The notes: generated from the sequence alone by a model not told the origin. A stretch of DNA of 64,000 nt from Salinispira sp. (GCA_965226555.1 CBDDDG010000010.1:448001-512000); one strand, 5' to 3'. Counted from the stretch's first letter, positions 9,526-21,069 are shown. Program-made: numbers and translations.

Positions 9526-10623
9526 TCATTCCCCGGCGATATCATCTTTTTCTCCACGCTCATCTTCCTCGGCGATATTGGCAAGATCATTGCCGAAGCG
9601 GTAATAATCCGGCACTGTTCTTTCAGGAATCGTAATAATTTTGAGGAGATAATCCATGAGCTGTTCAAGACCTTCATGTGTTGCCGAAGATATCGGAATG
9701 ACCTTTTCCCCCGCTTCCTCCTCGGCTTTCTCCTTGAATTCCGGCAGTTTCTGCATGGACTCAAGAATATCCATTTTTGATGCCACGATGTACCGCTGAC
9801 GATCAAGGAGTTCCGGGTATGAGTCCGCAAGTTCCTTTCGAAGTCCTTCGAAAACTTCCATGGGATCATCATCTGTACTGAGATCGATAAGAAAAAGGAG
9901 GGCGCGGGCACGATTGATATGCTTCAGAAAACGGTAACCAAGCCCCACTCCCCGAGCTGCCCCCTTTATTATACCGGGAATGTCTGCGAGTACCATTTCC
10001 CGCCCGCGGTGGCGCAGCACACCCAAATGCGGAACCTTTGTCGTAAACGGATATGCGGCAATTTTGGGGCGCGCGGAAGTAAGCGCGGCAAGCAGGCTGC
10101 TTTTACCTGCGTTCGGAAGGCCAACTAAGCCGACATCGGCTATTATTGAAAGTTCCAGCCTGATTTTCCGTTCTTCGCCGGGCATGCCCGTCTGCGCGAA
10201 GCGGGGAGCCTGTTTGCGGCTGGTAGCAAAGTGAACATTACCTCTTCCGCCTGCCCCGCCGGAAAGAAATGGAACATCCTGTTCCTTCTCAAGGAGGTCA
10301 AGAAGAATTTCTCCGCTTTCCGCATCGAATACCCGGGTTCCGGGCGGAACGGTAATAATAACATTCCGGCCGTCTCGGCCGTAGCGCTTGCGTCCTTCCC
10401 CGGGTAAACCTCTTTCAGCCCGATATGTCTTATTAGCCCGCAGGTGTGAAAGCGTTTTCAAGTTATTCTGCACCGTGAACAAAACATTACCGCCGCGACC
10501 GCCATCGCCGCCATCGGGACCGCCGCGGGGAACGTATTTTTCCCTTCGAAAGGAAACGGCGCCCGCGCCTCCATGACCGCTTTCAAGGGTAATGACTAAT
10601 TCATCTGTAAAAAAGGAAGACAA
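9526..10623 (-). CDS. obgE: GTPase ObgE
   Basis: FRREKYVPRGGPDGGDGG, GLPNAGKS, YPFTT, DIPG. Confidence 0.97.
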   Translation of the reverse strand: MSSFFTDELVITLESGHGGAGAVSFRREKYVPRGGPDGGDGGRGGNVLFTVQNNLKTLSHLRANKTYRAERGLPGEGRKRYGRDGRNVIITVPPGTRVFDAESGEILLDLLEKEQDVPFLSGGAGGRGNVHFATSRKQAPRFAQTGMPGEERKIRLELSIIADVGLVGLPNAGKSSLLAALTSARPKIAAYPFTTKVPHLGVLRHRGREMVLADIPGIIKGAARGVGLGYRFLKHINRARALLFLIDLSTDDDPMEVFEGLRKELADSYPELLDRQRYIVASKMDILESMQKLPEFKEKAEEEAGEKVIPISSATHEGLEQLMDYLLKIITIPERTVPDYYRFGNDLANIAEEDERGEKDDIAGE

Positions 10624-10643
10624 TTAGAACTCAAACTTTTGCT

Positions 10644-10904
10644 TTATGCAAAAGTTTCGAACTGTATGTTTACGAATTTTCTGCCCCGCCGTTCCGTGAA
10701 TTCCACAGTTCCCTGGGCCTTTGCGAAAAGGGTATCGTCTTTGCCGCGTCCAACATTAATACCGGGATGAATTCGTGTTCCCCGTTGGCGAATAAGTATT
10801 TCACCCGCCTTCACCAGCTGACCGCCGAAACGTTTTACTCCAAGCCGCTTACTCTGTGAATCGCGGCCGTTTTTTGTGCTGCCGCCGCCTTTTTTATGAG
10901 CCAT
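10644..10904 (-). CDS. rpmA: 50S ribosomal protein L27
   Basis: [22 protein letters not shown]. Confidence 0.98.
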   Translation of the reverse strand: MAHKKGGGSTKNGRDSQSKRLGVKRFGGQLVKAGEILIRQRGTRIHPGINVGRGKDDTLFAKAQGTVEFTERRGRKFVNIQFETFA

Positions 10905-11104
10905 ACAGTTTTTCTCCGTTCATTTTTTAACCGCAGGTATAATTCCAATGAGGTTATTAAAGAACGTTTTGCTACTGAAAATTGTGCTTGCACAATTTTC
11001 CAAGGCAAAACTTTGTTCAGGCAAAACGTTCTTATACTTATCAATAATACATTCCGGTGTCAAGCGCCGTATTTAGAGAAAGTTTTGCAAAATGCAAAAG
11101 TTTC

Positions 11105-11815
11105 TTAGAGAATCAGCATGACCCCAATGGTGGCAAAAAAGCCCCCTGTCTGAGAATGATAGTCCGTAACGCCATTGTACAGGTACATAAGATTATCGTA
11201 CACGTAATATCCGCCCTCCGCATAGATTCCGAAGGGTTTGTCAATTGTTACTTCAATGCCTCCTCCAAGCTGTCCGAAGAAGTACCCCGGCAGATACGCG
11301 TCATCAGGGTGGACAGACAGGAGATACGTAGCATGGTCAGCATTAAAGGCATACCCTGCCTTCAGCAGTCCGTACAGAGCAATTTCAAAACTGCTCAGGG
11401 AACTTGCATAGCTAACTGCATCAATACGCACAAGGGCATACAGGGGAAAATAGGGTTCCAATTCAGAGTCTGTTAGGTTATACTTGTAGAGATTCTTTAT
11501 ATCAAACAGTCCGGGAAAGACTGCGCCCCCGCCAAATCCAAGATGAAGTCCGCCCGCCGACAGAGTACCTCCCGTTACAGGAACATCCAGAATGTTGAAA
11601 ATCTTAAAACTAATATTCGCAAGAATCCCGAGAGCATCGGAAGTTTCTTCCTGACTATTGGAATCACCGACACTGAAAATCTCTGTGCCCTGCCGATTAA
11701 ACCCCGGAAAGAAATACGATGTCCCTAAATCGACACGGGCCTGCGCACCGATAGAAAACCCACCTAAGATAATAAGAAACAGAACAAACATACATTGCTT
11801 AATACTATTTGTCAT
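11105..11815 (-). CDS. Secreted hypothetical protein, possible outer-membrane beta-barrel
   Basis: Signal peptide, Gly/aromatic alternating strands; start at MTNSIK behind GAGGAGG. Confidence 0.55.
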   Translation of the reverse strand: MTNSIKQCMFVLFLIILGGFSIGAQARVDLGTSYFFPGFNRQGTEIFSVGDSNSQEETSDALGILANISFKIFNILDVPVTGGTLSAGGLHLGFGGGAVFPGLFDIKNLYKYNLTDSELEPYFPLYALVRIDAVSYASSLSSFEIALYGLLKAGYAFNADHATYLLSVHPDDAYLPGYFFGQLGGGIEVTIDKPFGIYAEGGYYVYDNLMYLYNGVTDYHSQTGGFFATIGVMLIL

Positions 11816-12288
11816 ACATTGCCTCCTCGCAATTTCAGCCACAGATCCGATAATATCATCGGCCAATGGCAGTTTATATTATATATGAAACTTTTGTATA
11901 AAACAAAAATTTCAAATTTGGAATGCTTTTTATGCTTAGCATTCTCTTAATAATAATACATAGTTTTACAAAATGCAAACCTTTGTATTATTATTTATCA
12001 AAATTATCTGAATTTCAAATAAAATAATAGGGAAGCTCTGGTATTTCACACTGCATCGTGGAAATAGCGTTTTTTCAGGTTCCACTATACTCCATTATCA
12101 TCAAAAATAATTTTATGTCAAATTCTGCTCCCATTTTTATGGGATATTAATATCTCATCATTCTCATCATTTTACCGATAATCAACGTAGAAACTTTGCC
12201 GTAGAGGAAGTATCTTCGCCGCGCAATTCCGCAGGAATAAACGGGCGGGGCACATTTCATAAACGGCGGGGGCATTACATGAGGCAGC

Positions 12289-12768
12289 ATGAGCATTGAT
12301 ACCTTCGGGGACATTATTGACGGACAAACAGGGCTCTTTGAAGAATTGACCGAGCATCAGCAGAATCTTCAAAAATCGATACTCAATAAGAATTACCGCC
12401 TCACCCAGCGGAGCATACGGGAAATGGGCAGAATAGCAGAGAACATTCAGCATGGGGAACAGGCGCGTGAACAGGCGCTTGCCATTCTGATGAAGGAGAA
12501 TGAGCTTTCCGAGGAACTCGGCATACATTCCCTTCTGGCAACCCTCGCAGCGCCCCTGCGCACAAGCATCGGAGAAAAAATCCGCGCCTTCAAAACAGCA
12601 GTATATACGGCAAGAACCTTTAATGAAGGAATTGCGGCATATTCCTCCAGCCAGATAGATGTGCTGGAAGATGTCATTACGGAATTGTATCCGGGCGGGA
12701 GCGCCTATACCGCCACAGGGCAGCGCCGAAGCGCCGAACCCGCCATGGTTCTCGACCACAGCCTTTAG
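12289..12768 (+). CDS. flgN: FlgN-like flagellar export chaperone
   Basis: Helical protein directly upstream of flgK, C-terminal YTATG motif. Confidence 0.65.
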   Translation: MSIDTFGDIIDGQTGLFEELTEHQQNLQKSILNKNYRLTQRSIREMGRIAENIQHGEQAREQALAILMKENELSEELGIHSLLATLAAPLRTSIGEKIRAFKTAVYTARTFNEGIAAYSSSQIDVLEDVITELYPGGSAYTATGQRRSAEPAMVLDHSL

Positions 12769-12777
12769 GAGCATTGC

Positions 12778-14655
12778 ATGCAAAGCACATTTTCAGGAAT
12801 TGAAATTGGGAAACGTTCCCTTTTCGCGCATTCCCTCGCGCTGTCTACCGTGGGGCATAATCTCAGTAACGCCTCCGCGGAGGGCTACAGCCGCCAGCGG
12901 GTTGAACTGGAGGCAACGCAGCCGATCTATCGACCGCAGCTTAACCGCGCCGTCGGCGCCGGGCACATAGGACAGGGAGTGGACGCAGCCCGCGTATCGC
13001 GCGTGCGCGATGAACTTCTTGAGGGGCGTATTGTTTCAAACACCAGCGGCGAGGGCTACTGGACTGCCCGCGACAATTACATTCTGCAGCTTGAGCAGAT
13101 ATACAATGAGCCGAGTGAATTGTCGCTGCGCGGGGCTATGGACCGATTTTGGGACGGATGGGAAGAATTATCGATCTATCCCGATCAGATGGCTGCGCGG
13201 CAGGTGGTCGTGGAAAACGGACGGGCATTGGTAAACGGTATGAAACTTCGCTATGAATCGCTGGAGCAGATACGATCCATGCTCAATGATGACATTACCG
13301 CCGCTGTCGCAGAGGTCAATGATCTCAGCTCCGAAATAGCGGGGCTGAACCATGAAATTGTGAATTCAAAGGCGGCGGGCGATGAGCCGAATGATCTCCT
13401 GGATCGCCGCGATCTGCTCATTGAAAACCTTGGGAAGCTCATTGATATTACTGTTGATTACCGCGATCCCGATGAGGTTAATGTTCATACAGCAGGTTTC
13501 CAGCTCATTCAGGGGGGGAGTTTCAAAACATTTTCACTTGAGGCAGATCCCCTGAATGAAGGATTCTCCCGCATACGCTGGGCATATAATGGAGAAGAAG
13601 CTTCCTTCAATAGCGGTAAGCTTGCAGCCCTGTTTGAACTGAGGGATGTGGACATTCGTGAAGAAATTCAGGGGCTCGATAATATGGCAGTCAATTTTAT
13701 TGATCTGGTCAATGAAATTCATCGGGAAGGATACGGTTTAAGCGGTCAGACAGGAGTTGCCTTCTTCAATTACGAACGATTCGTTAACAATGTAAACGGC
13801 AATTTCGATGCCGATGGAGACGGCGCCTTCGATTCATCGTATATATTCCGCATAACCGGCGCCAATGCTCTTGATCCCCAGCAGGAAATAGGATTAGCGG
13901 GAACAATAACCCTCAACGGCGCTGAGGGTCCCGTGAATGTTGCCTACCGCCCCGAAGATACCGTACGCGACCTTATTCTGCGCATGAACAATTCCGGCGC
14001 GGAGGTGGTCGCTCGGCTCGATCGGGGAGGACGGCTGAGCCTCAAAGCAACGCCATCGGAGGCCTTTGACAGACCGGATTTTGTCATACAGCAGATAGAA
14101 GACAGCGGGCAGTTTCTGGTAGGGTACTCGGGTATTCTCCTTGAGAGCGGAGCGGGCGGCGCATACAATTTTGCCCAGCCCGATGCTGTTTCAGCGCTGC
14201 GCGGGGGGGCATTGAACTTTGAAGTATCGCCCCTCGGGCACCCCTCGGCATGGATGAGCCTGAATGACCGCATACGCAATGATCCGGGAACAGTGGCAAC
14301 CAGCTTTGGTTCGCAGGGAAGAAGCGGTGAGTTGGGAGACGGCAGGGCGGCTCTGGAAATAGCGGGCATCCGAAATCAGCCGGTTATGCTCGGGCGCATT
14401 CCCAGCTTCGATGACTATTTTGCCGACACCGTTGTCTTTGTCGGCCTCAAGGGTCAGGAAGCCGAAATTGCCATGCGAACTCAGGAACTCATTAGGAAAG
14501 ACCTTCGCGATGCCCGAGCTTCAATTTCAGGAGTAAACATCGATGAAGAATTGGCCCAAATGATAAAATACCAGCACGGCTACAATGCGGCATCGCGCTT
14601 TATCAACACCATGAACAGTATGTTAGATACCATTATCAACCGGCTTGGCGTCTAA
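12778..14655 (+). CDS. flgK: Flagellar hook-associated protein 1
   Basis: GHNLSNA..EGYSRQRV, NDLLDRRD, SGVNIDEEL. Confidence 0.97.
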   Translation: MQSTFSGIEIGKRSLFAHSLALSTVGHNLSNASAEGYSRQRVELEATQPIYRPQLNRAVGAGHIGQGVDAARVSRVRDELLEGRIVSNTSGEGYWTARDNYILQLEQIYNEPSELSLRGAMDRFWDGWEELSIYPDQMAARQVVVENGRALVNGMKLRYESLEQIRSMLNDDITAAVAEVNDLSSEIAGLNHEIVNSKAAGDEPNDLLDRRDLLIENLGKLIDITVDYRDPDEVNVHTAGFQLIQGGSFKTFSLEADPLNEGFSRIRWAYNGEEASFNSGKLAALFELRDVDIREEIQGLDNMAVNFIDLVNEIHREGYGLSGQTGVAFFNYERFVNNVNGNFDADGDGAFDSSYIFRITGANALDPQQEIGLAGTITLNGAEGPVNVAYRPEDTVRDLILRMNNSGAEVVARLDRGGRLSLKATPSEAFDRPDFVIQQIEDSGQFLVGYSGILLESGAGGAYNFAQPDAVSALRGGALNFEVSPLGHPSAWMSLNDRIRNDPGTVATSFGSQGRSGELGDGRAALEIAGIRNQPVMLGRIPSFDDYFADTVVFVGLKGQEAEIAMRTQELIRKDLRDARASISGVNIDEELAQMIKYQHGYNAASRFINTMNSMLDTIINRLGV

Positions 14656-14666
14656 GGAGAGAACGA

Positions 14667-15905
14667 ATGAACAGGATCAGCACAAATCTTCCAAACGATA
14701 ATCTGCAGTATTATACGCGGCAGCGCCAGGTGGCGCTGAACGAATCGCAGAACCGCATGGCGGCGCAAACACGTATTCTGAACCTGCGGGATGACCCTGC
14801 GGCAGCGGCTCATGCCACCCGCCATCAGAGTTATCTCACACGGCTTAAGCGCTATAACGACAACATCGGCAATTCCATTAATCATTACCGGGTTGCTGAA
14901 GGGCATATCCGCCATTCTGTCGACATTCTGCAGGAGATCCGCGCCATTGCCGTTATGGGCGCGAACGGCACCTATTCCGCAGAAAACCTCAAGGTAATGG
15001 GAACGGAGGTAAATGAACTGCTCAAAGGATTTATTGAATCGGCAAATGCCGTTGATGCGGATGGCGCTTCAATCTTTTCAGGAAATCGCAGCCAGAACCG
15101 CGCGTGGCGGGTAATAAACGGGCGCCTCCCCAATGTCAGCGGCAGCGTTGCGCAGAATGTGGAATATATCGGCGACATTGGAACACGTCAAATTGAAATT
15201 GCAGACGGCACATACATTGAAATAAATTTTCCCGGCAATAAGCTATTCTGGGCTGAAAAACAGCAATTATATTCTCCCAACGATGCCAGAGATTATGTTG
15301 TATCGGAAGATTCAATAATTACCGTAAACGGGGAAAACATTCAACTCAGGGAAGGCGATAATATCTACCAGATCATCGCCCGCATTAATGACGCTCCCGC
15401 GGAGATTAAGGCAGGCCTTGATCCGGTGAGTAATGGTCTGGTACTTGAAAGCAGCGTTCCGCGGCAGATATGGATCGCCGATGAAGAAGGTTCGGCACTT
15501 CAGGACCTTGGCATTATCGACGACCAGCGCCCGCCCGGGAATGTTGCGCCGGGCGTTCAGGTTTTCGGAGGCAGCGCCTTCGATGCCATTATCCAACTGC
15601 GCGACAATCTCTTTCAGGGAGATACTCTGGATGTTGGCGGCGATGGAATTCGTTCAATCGATTCTGCCCTCAATACTGCGCTTTCAAGTCTTGGAGATCT
15701 CGGGGCAAAAACAAGCCGTATGGAAATAGCCTTGAAACGTAATGAAAAAGAAATTGGCGATGTAACGGAAAATTCTTCCCGCATAACCGACATCGATTTC
15801 ACCAAAGCGCTCACGGAATTCTCCATGCTTGAATTAACGCACCGAGCGGCGCTCTCCATAAGCGCCCGGATTATTCAGCCGACCCTCCTCGATTTTCTGG
15901 GCTAA
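14667..15905 (+). CDS. flgL: Flagellar hook-associated protein 3
   Basis: MNRIST, DDPAAA, C-terminal IIQPTLLDFL. Confidence 0.95.
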   Translation: MNRISTNLPNDNLQYYTRQRQVALNESQNRMAAQTRILNLRDDPAAAAHATRHQSYLTRLKRYNDNIGNSINHYRVAEGHIRHSVDILQEIRAIAVMGANGTYSAENLKVMGTEVNELLKGFIESANAVDADGASIFSGNRSQNRAWRVINGRLPNVSGSVAQNVEYIGDIGTRQIEIADGTYIEINFPGNKLFWAEKQQLYSPNDARDYVVSEDSIITVNGENIQLREGDNIYQIIARINDAPAEIKAGLDPVSNGLVLESSVPRQIWIADEEGSALQDLGIIDDQRPPGNVAPGVQVFGGSAFDAIIQLRDNLFQGDTLDVGGDGIRSIDSALNTALSSLGDLGAKTSRMEIALKRNEKEIGDVTENSSRITDIDFTKALTEFSMLELTHRAALSISARIIQPTLLDFLG

Positions 15906-15908
15906 GTA

Positions 15909-16406
15909 ATGCGTATTAACACACGGACACTTGGAAAAGTTGATATAGATGATCGCCAGTTCATTACCTTTCCCCGGGGAATTCTTGGTTTTGAAACACA
16001 TAAGCGTTTCGCCCTTCTGGATGCTCCCCAACCGCCCTTCTACTGGCTTCAGTCGCTTTCCGATGTACAAACGGCCTTTGTGCTCATATCGCCCGATGTT
16101 TTCCGTAACGACTATGCGCTCAGTCTTGAAAGTAATGAACTGGAGGTTCTCGAAGTTCAGGAATTGGAAGATGGTAATCTCACTCTGAAGAACGGAGAGC
16201 GGGCGCAACTGCTCGTTTTTGCCATTGTTACCGTCAGTACCGATGTCAGCAATATGACTGCAAATCTCCAGGGGCCTGTTATTATTAACCCATACAACCA
16301 CTGCGGCCTTCAGGGCATTCAAACCGATTCACGATGGAAAACAAAGCACTTTGTTCTTGAAGAAATGTCTGCAAGAAGCGCGGTATTATCCGGAAAGGGT
16401 TCCTGA
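15909..16406 (+). CDS. fliW: Flagellar assembly factor FliW
   Basis: [25 protein letters not shown]. Confidence 0.95.
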   Translation: MRINTRTLGKVDIDDRQFITFPRGILGFETHKRFALLDAPQPPFYWLQSLSDVQTAFVLISPDVFRNDYALSLESNELEVLEVQELEDGNLTLKNGERAQLLVFAIVTVSTDVSNMTANLQGPVIINPYNHCGLQGIQTDSRWKTKHFVLEEMSARSAVLSGKGS

Positions 16407-16639
16407 TGCTTGTCCTCACACGGAGAATGAATGAAGCAATAATGATCGGCGATGAAATTGAAATTGCCATCGTCGACATTAAAAACGACCAAGTCAAAAT
16501 TGGCATCCGCGCCCCCCGCAATATCAAAGTATTCCGTCACGAAGTGTACGCAGCCATCCAGAAAGAAAATCGCCTCGCAGCAGAGTCCAGTTCCGATCTG
16601 CCGAATCTCGAAGACTTCCCGCATCCCCTCAAAAAATAA
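16406..16639 (+). CDS. csrA: Carbon storage regulator CsrA
   Basis: MLVLTRR..E.IMIGD..VKIGI.AP. Confidence 0.97.
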   Translation: MLVLTRRMNEAIMIGDEIEIAIVDIKNDQVKIGIRAPRNIKVFRHEVYAAIQKENRLAAESSSDLPNLEDFPHPLKK

Positions 16640-16879
16640 TTGTCAAAGTCAGAAGAAAATCTTTACTCCTCTCCATAGAAACATCAAGAAATTTTTGCAT
16701 TTTGCAAAACTTTCTATTATAATTTTACTTGAAAGTTTATTGAAAATTTTGTATAAATAAAGTTTTGCCTGAGGCAAATTTTCTGAGATGAGAAAATCCG
16801 CATTGAAACTTTTGCATAAAGTACAATTTTCCAGTATAATTGTAATATAAAAATAAATTGCATTTTATAATAAGGAAAT

Positions 16880-17728
16880 GTGTTGCAGATAAGAAAATTA
16901 ACCGATACTCTTAAGCTCTCAAACGATGGTCAACTTACCTTATTTCCTATTGGTACCGGCAATGCCTTCACAAAAACAAACTATCAGAATAATTACATTA
17001 TCATCAAAAATGATGAACATATCCTCATAGACTGCGGAACCATGGCCTCCATGGCTCTCTATAAACTTGGGATTCCCATTACGGATATCCGCCATGTCTA
17101 TGTCACACATTCGCATGCGGATCATACCGGCGGTATTGAAGAAATCATGCTGACGAACCGCTATGTTACCCAGAAAAAAACCAACATAATTATAACAAAG
17201 GAATATGAACATCTTCTCTGGGAGAATACGCTCAAGGGAGGCGCTACCTTTAATGAATGGAAGAACGGAGCATATCTGAAATTTAACGATTTCTGGAATG
17301 TTCACCGTCCGGTTGAATGCAGGGCGCTCAACCGCAGTGCATGGGAGATCGATTACCAGAATATCAACCTCATTTTTTTCAGAACAATGCATTATCCCGA
17401 CAGCGCGTCAAACTGGAAAAACAGCGCGCACAGCACAGGTCTCATTATTGACAAGCGGATATTATTCACTGCCGACACCCGCTTCGATGAAGAATTAATT
17501 CTGGATATTACCAGCACCTTTGATATAGAAACGATTTTTCATGATGTGCAGTTTTTTCCCGGCGGAATTCACGCTTTTTTTGATGAACTCATAACGCTTC
17601 CCGACCATATACGGGCAAAGACTCTTCTCATGCATTATCCCGACAACTACCGGCAGTTCGAAGATATTGTTTCAAATGCAGGATTCATGGGCTTCGTCCA
17701 AGCACATCAGTACTACGACTTTATGTGA
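16880..17728 (+). CDS. Metallo-beta-lactamase fold hydrolase
   Basis: LIDCG, THSHADH, FTADT. Confidence 0.85.
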   Translation: MLQIRKLTDTLKLSNDGQLTLFPIGTGNAFTKTNYQNNYIIIKNDEHILIDCGTMASMALYKLGIPITDIRHVYVTHSHADHTGGIEEIMLTNRYVTQKKTNIIITKEYEHLLWENTLKGGATFNEWKNGAYLKFNDFWNVHRPVECRALNRSAWEIDYQNINLIFFRTMHYPDSASNWKNSAHSTGLIIDKRILFTADTRFDEELILDITSTFDIETIFHDVQFFPGGIHAFFDELITLPDHIRAKTLLMHYPDNYRQFEDIVSNAGFMGFVQAHQYYDFM

Positions 17729-17794
17729 GAAATTTTTGCATGCGCCGCGGCAGATTATTAAACAGATGTAGGGCGCTATCTGCTGTTGGGCGCG

Positions 17795-18379
17795 CTATCT
17801 GTTATCTGCTCTCCGCCGATTTTTCGCAGGCATTTTTTCAGCAAGCATGGAGGTGTACCTCCGATGTTCTATTTTTTCAGCGCCGATTCCAAGCTGCGTA
17901 AAGAGCTTGCGAAATTCTTCTCTGGCTTCTTCTTTGACCTGATGGATCTTATCCCCGGGAACCTGTCCATCCAGCAATAATTCAAGTTCCAGAAAGTGTC
18001 CCAGCCCCGGAATTTCCGAAAGCTCAATACTATAATTCCTGTACTGCCAAGAGGTTCCGCGTTTTGATTTTCGCATGGATTCCCGGTAGCCTGCGCCTTT
18101 AATCATATACGTAAAATGCTCAGGATTTGAAACAGTGAATTCCCGTTCGAAATTTACTTCAAGCTCCTTATCAAGCGTCTTTTCCTTAATGGTAACAATG
18201 GCAGAGTCTGCATCGCTGCGTAAACGTAGTTCCTGTTTGATCCTTCCGTTCTCCAGCAGGTGAAAATATATGTCTGTTTTGTTATATTCCCGGATTTTTC
18301 GGGCCGGAAGCGCAAGAATTTTCTCCCGTATCAGATCAGGATTATCTATCCATGCCTTCATTTCAATTTCAGTGTTCAT
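17795..18379 (-). CDS. cyaB: Class IV adenylate cyclase / CYTH domain protein
   Basis: EIEMK, DIYF, LRLR, LGHFLELE. Confidence 0.8.
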   Translation of the reverse strand: MNTEIEMKAWIDNPDLIREKILALPARKIREYNKTDIYFHLLENGRIKQELRLRSDADSAIVTIKEKTLDKELEVNFEREFTVSNPEHFTYMIKGAGYRESMRKSKRGTSWQYRNYSIELSEIPGLGHFLELELLLDGQVPGDKIHQVKEEAREEFRKLFTQLGIGAEKIEHRRYTSMLAEKMPAKNRRRADNR

Positions 18380-18383
18380 ACTG

Positions 18384-18465
18384 TCCGATTTCCTGCTGGC
18401 GATTGCGCTGGCTACTGGCGGTTGCGCGGTTTCCGATTTCCTGCTGGCGATTGCGCTGGCTGCCG
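18384..18465. repeat. Intergenic direct repeat of about 30 bp (2 copies)
   Basis: tccgatttcctgctggcgattgcgctggct occurs twice. Confidence 0.85.
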
Positions 18466-18486
18466 GCTGCCGGCGACCGTGCCGGC

Positions 18487-19233
18487 CTATTTTTCCTTTC
18501 CTTGGCTGGCGACCGCATTCATGGCCGCTGCTATTGCTTCCTTATCGCCAAGGTAAAAATGGCGTATGGGGCTGAGTTTTTCATTGAGCTCATAGACCAG
18601 AGGTACGCCGGTCGGGATGTTGACTGTGATAATTTCCTCATCGCTCACATTATCGAGATATTTCACCAGAGCGCGGAGACTGTTGCCGTGAGCCGCGATG
18701 ATGATTTGCTGCCCCCGCCGGATGTCGGGAGCGATCACATCGTGCCAGAGCGGAAGAAAGCGCGCAACGGTATCTTTGAGGCATTCGGTAAGGGGGAGTT
18801 CATCTGCGCTGAGTTCGGCATAGCGCGGATCATTACCCGGATAGCGCGGATCATTCGGTTCAAGGGCGGGCGGGGGCACATCGTAGCTGCGCCGCCATAT
18901 CTTTACCTGTTCTTCGCCGAATTCTTTTGCCGTTTCCGATTTGTTCAGCCCCTGCAGGGCGCCGTAGTGGCGTTCGTTCAGCCGCCAATCTTTCTGTACC
19001 GGAATCCAATGCAGTCCCATTTCTTCAAGCGCGAGATTCAGTGTCTTTATTGCCCGGAGGAGGACGGAAACGTAGGCCTTGTCAAAGGTGAGCCCCGCCT
19101 CCCTCAGTGCCTGCCCGGCACCGCGGGCCTCTTTCACACCCTGCGGTGAAAGGTCAACATCTGTCCAGCCGGTGAAACGGTTTTCCCTGTTCCACATACT
19201 TTCTCCGTGGCGGATTAATACCAGTTTGTGCAT
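18487..19233 (-). CDS. gpmA: 2,3-BPG-dependent phosphoglycerate mutase
   Basis: [26 protein letters not shown]. Confidence 0.97.
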   Translation of the reverse strand: MHKLVLIRHGESMWNRENRFTGWTDVDLSPQGVKEARGAGQALREAGLTFDKAYVSVLLRAIKTLNLALEEMGLHWIPVQKDWRLNERHYGALQGLNKSETAKEFGEEQVKIWRRSYDVPPPALEPNDPRYPGNDPRYAELSADELPLTECLKDTVARFLPLWHDVIAPDIRRGQQIIIAAHGNSLRALVKYLDNVSDEEIITVNIPTGVPLVYELNEKLSPIRHFYLGDKEAIAAAMNAVASQGKEK

Positions 19234-19270
19234 ATGTTCTCCTTATAATAGTTGCAAAAGTTCTCTATTA

Positions 19271-19992
19271 CTATTTTCCTGATTTGCTTCGGTTATCTTG
19301 TTTGCATAGCATCTGGCAGTTTTCTGGAGTTGTTTTGCCCCCCTCATGCCAAGGAATGATGTGATCGGCTTCCATTTCTTCAAATTTCCATTCCTTTCCC
19401 GCATTCTTGCCTTTGCAGAGCGGGCACATACCTTTTTGCCTTTCGTATGCTTCCCGTTTCTGCTTGTCGCTGAACGCGCGAAGATTCAAGTGCTTCTCTT
19501 CACGTGTTAGAACATAAGGGTAAATCCCTTTTTTATTGGTTACCGCTTCATCTGCCATTAAGTTTGCGATTATTTCTTCAAGTTTTATAGTATCAAATAT
19601 TTGAGTTTTGAAATTGTTGTATAGATCGCCCCAGTTTACCTTTGCCATTTCTTTGCGGTAATTGGTAAACGTTTTTCGCACCCATGCGATTAATTCCTGG
19701 AAGTATTGCCACAATTCTTCAGCATTTTCGTCGTGCTGATGGTTCGCTGCTGGCCGTCCAATATTTCATAGTTACCGTATTCCTTCACCATCCAGTACAT
19801 AACGTTAAGGGGGAATCCTTTTTTAACCGTATTAAGTACCGCTTCGCGCTGTTTTTCTTTGTAGACAAACTCGCGTTGGTACTGCGGACGAACATCAAGT
19901 TTGCCCCCGTAAGCCGCAACTCCCTCCTCGGCGCTGTCTTTGTAGCCTTTGAGCACTTCACGTATTTTGATTTTTTGCAGTTTAATTTTCAT
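19271..19992 (-). pseudogene. DUF262-HNH endonuclease gene broken by an internal deletion/frameshift
   Basis: N-part P.YQREFV..DGQQR joined out of frame to C-part ELWQYF..CPLC..EADHIIPW.EGG.T..ENCQMLC. Confidence 0.75.
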
Positions 19993-20007
19993 AATTTATA
20001 ATGCCCA

Positions 20008-21069
20008 CTACGTTTTCAGATTCTTAATTAAAACTCTATTATAAATTTTTTTCCCTTTAATTAAAGTATAACATTCATGCCCTATCCACCTTGCGCTGTT
20101 TGCAATACCTAAGACCGCAAACTGTTTAGGATTATATTTATCAATAAAGGTAATCGGCACCCCCATTACCCCATCATAATCCAGTGGAATATCAAAGGTT
20201 TTATTCACATTTATAATGTCATAATCGTCATATTTTGGGTAATCACCCTCATTGCCTTTATAGGTTTGGTAAAGGACCAAATCCTCATGACGCTTAGTGG
20301 TGGATAAATTGGTAAACCACATAATTCTCCCCATACTGAAATACTTTACCCCATTCTCAATTTTGATTCTTGACTCGGTTGTTATGTTGTAATCTTCTGG
20401 AACCTGAAACCACTTTGTTCCACCATTATCATAGCCGAGCCATAATCTATTTTCTTTAATATAGCCAAAGGTCTCTTTGTACGTTATGGCATTTTGATCG
20501 CCAAGAATCAGAAATTGTTTGTCGTATTTCATCAGCTGCGCCACATATTCACGGAACAATGAAAATGGCGGATTCGTTACCACAATGTCGGCCTGCTTGA
20601 GAAGTTCAATACACTCATCACTCCGGAAATCGCCGTTTTTCGTGAGCGGGGAGGCAACATTGGAATTGTGCCGGAGTAACCATTCAACATCAGACAGACC
20701 AATGGCTCCGTCAGAATCAAAATCTCTTACTTCGTTTATCTCAATTCTGAATGGTTCTTTCCCCTCTGGCTTCAATCCTTCAATTTCAAACAGCGGCAGC
20801 TGGTCTCCGGCAATTGCTGAAGGAAAATAACTTGTGGCAATAAGTTTTTTTAACCCAAGCCAATTAAATTTGGCAGCAAAGTATTTAAAGAAGTTACTCT
20901 CATACGGATCATCACAGTTGCAGTATACTACCTTGCCGTGAAATTGGCTTGTGTAATGTTTCAGTTCGTTTTCAATGTCGGCAAGCTGAGTATAAAATTC
21001 GTCTTTCTTTGCTTTCTTCGCATCGCTCAAACGTTTATTAGAAACTGTGGTTTTCATAACACTGTCCAT
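20008..21069 (-). CDS. Adenine-specific DNA methyltransferase, EcoRI-like family
   Basis: KDEFYT, YCNCDDP, GDFRS, DIVVTNPPFSLFREY, GVPIT. Confidence 0.9.
   Translation of the reverse strand: MDSVMKTTVSNKRLSDAKKAKKDEFYTQLADIENELKHYTSQFHGKVVYCNCDDPYESNFFKYFAAKFNWLGLKKLIATSYFPSAIAGDQLPLFEIEGLKPEGKEPFRIEINEVRDFDSDGAIGLSDVEWLLRHNSNVASPLTKNGDFRSDECIELLKQADIVVTNPPFSLFREYVAQLMKYDKQFLILGDQNAITYKETFGYIKENRLWLGYDNGGTKWFQVPEDYNITTESRIKIENGVKYFSMGRIMWFTNLSTTKRHEDLVLYQTYKGNEGDYPKYDDYDIINVNKTFDIPLDYDGVMGVPITFIDKYNPKQFAVLGIANSARWIGHECYTLIKGKKIYNRVLIKNLKT

Noticed and set aside
12140..12158. tgggatattaatatctca as fused IS481 ends, and a nearby sigma-28 promoter for flgN
   Set aside because: Too short, and promoter spacing is off; could be chance
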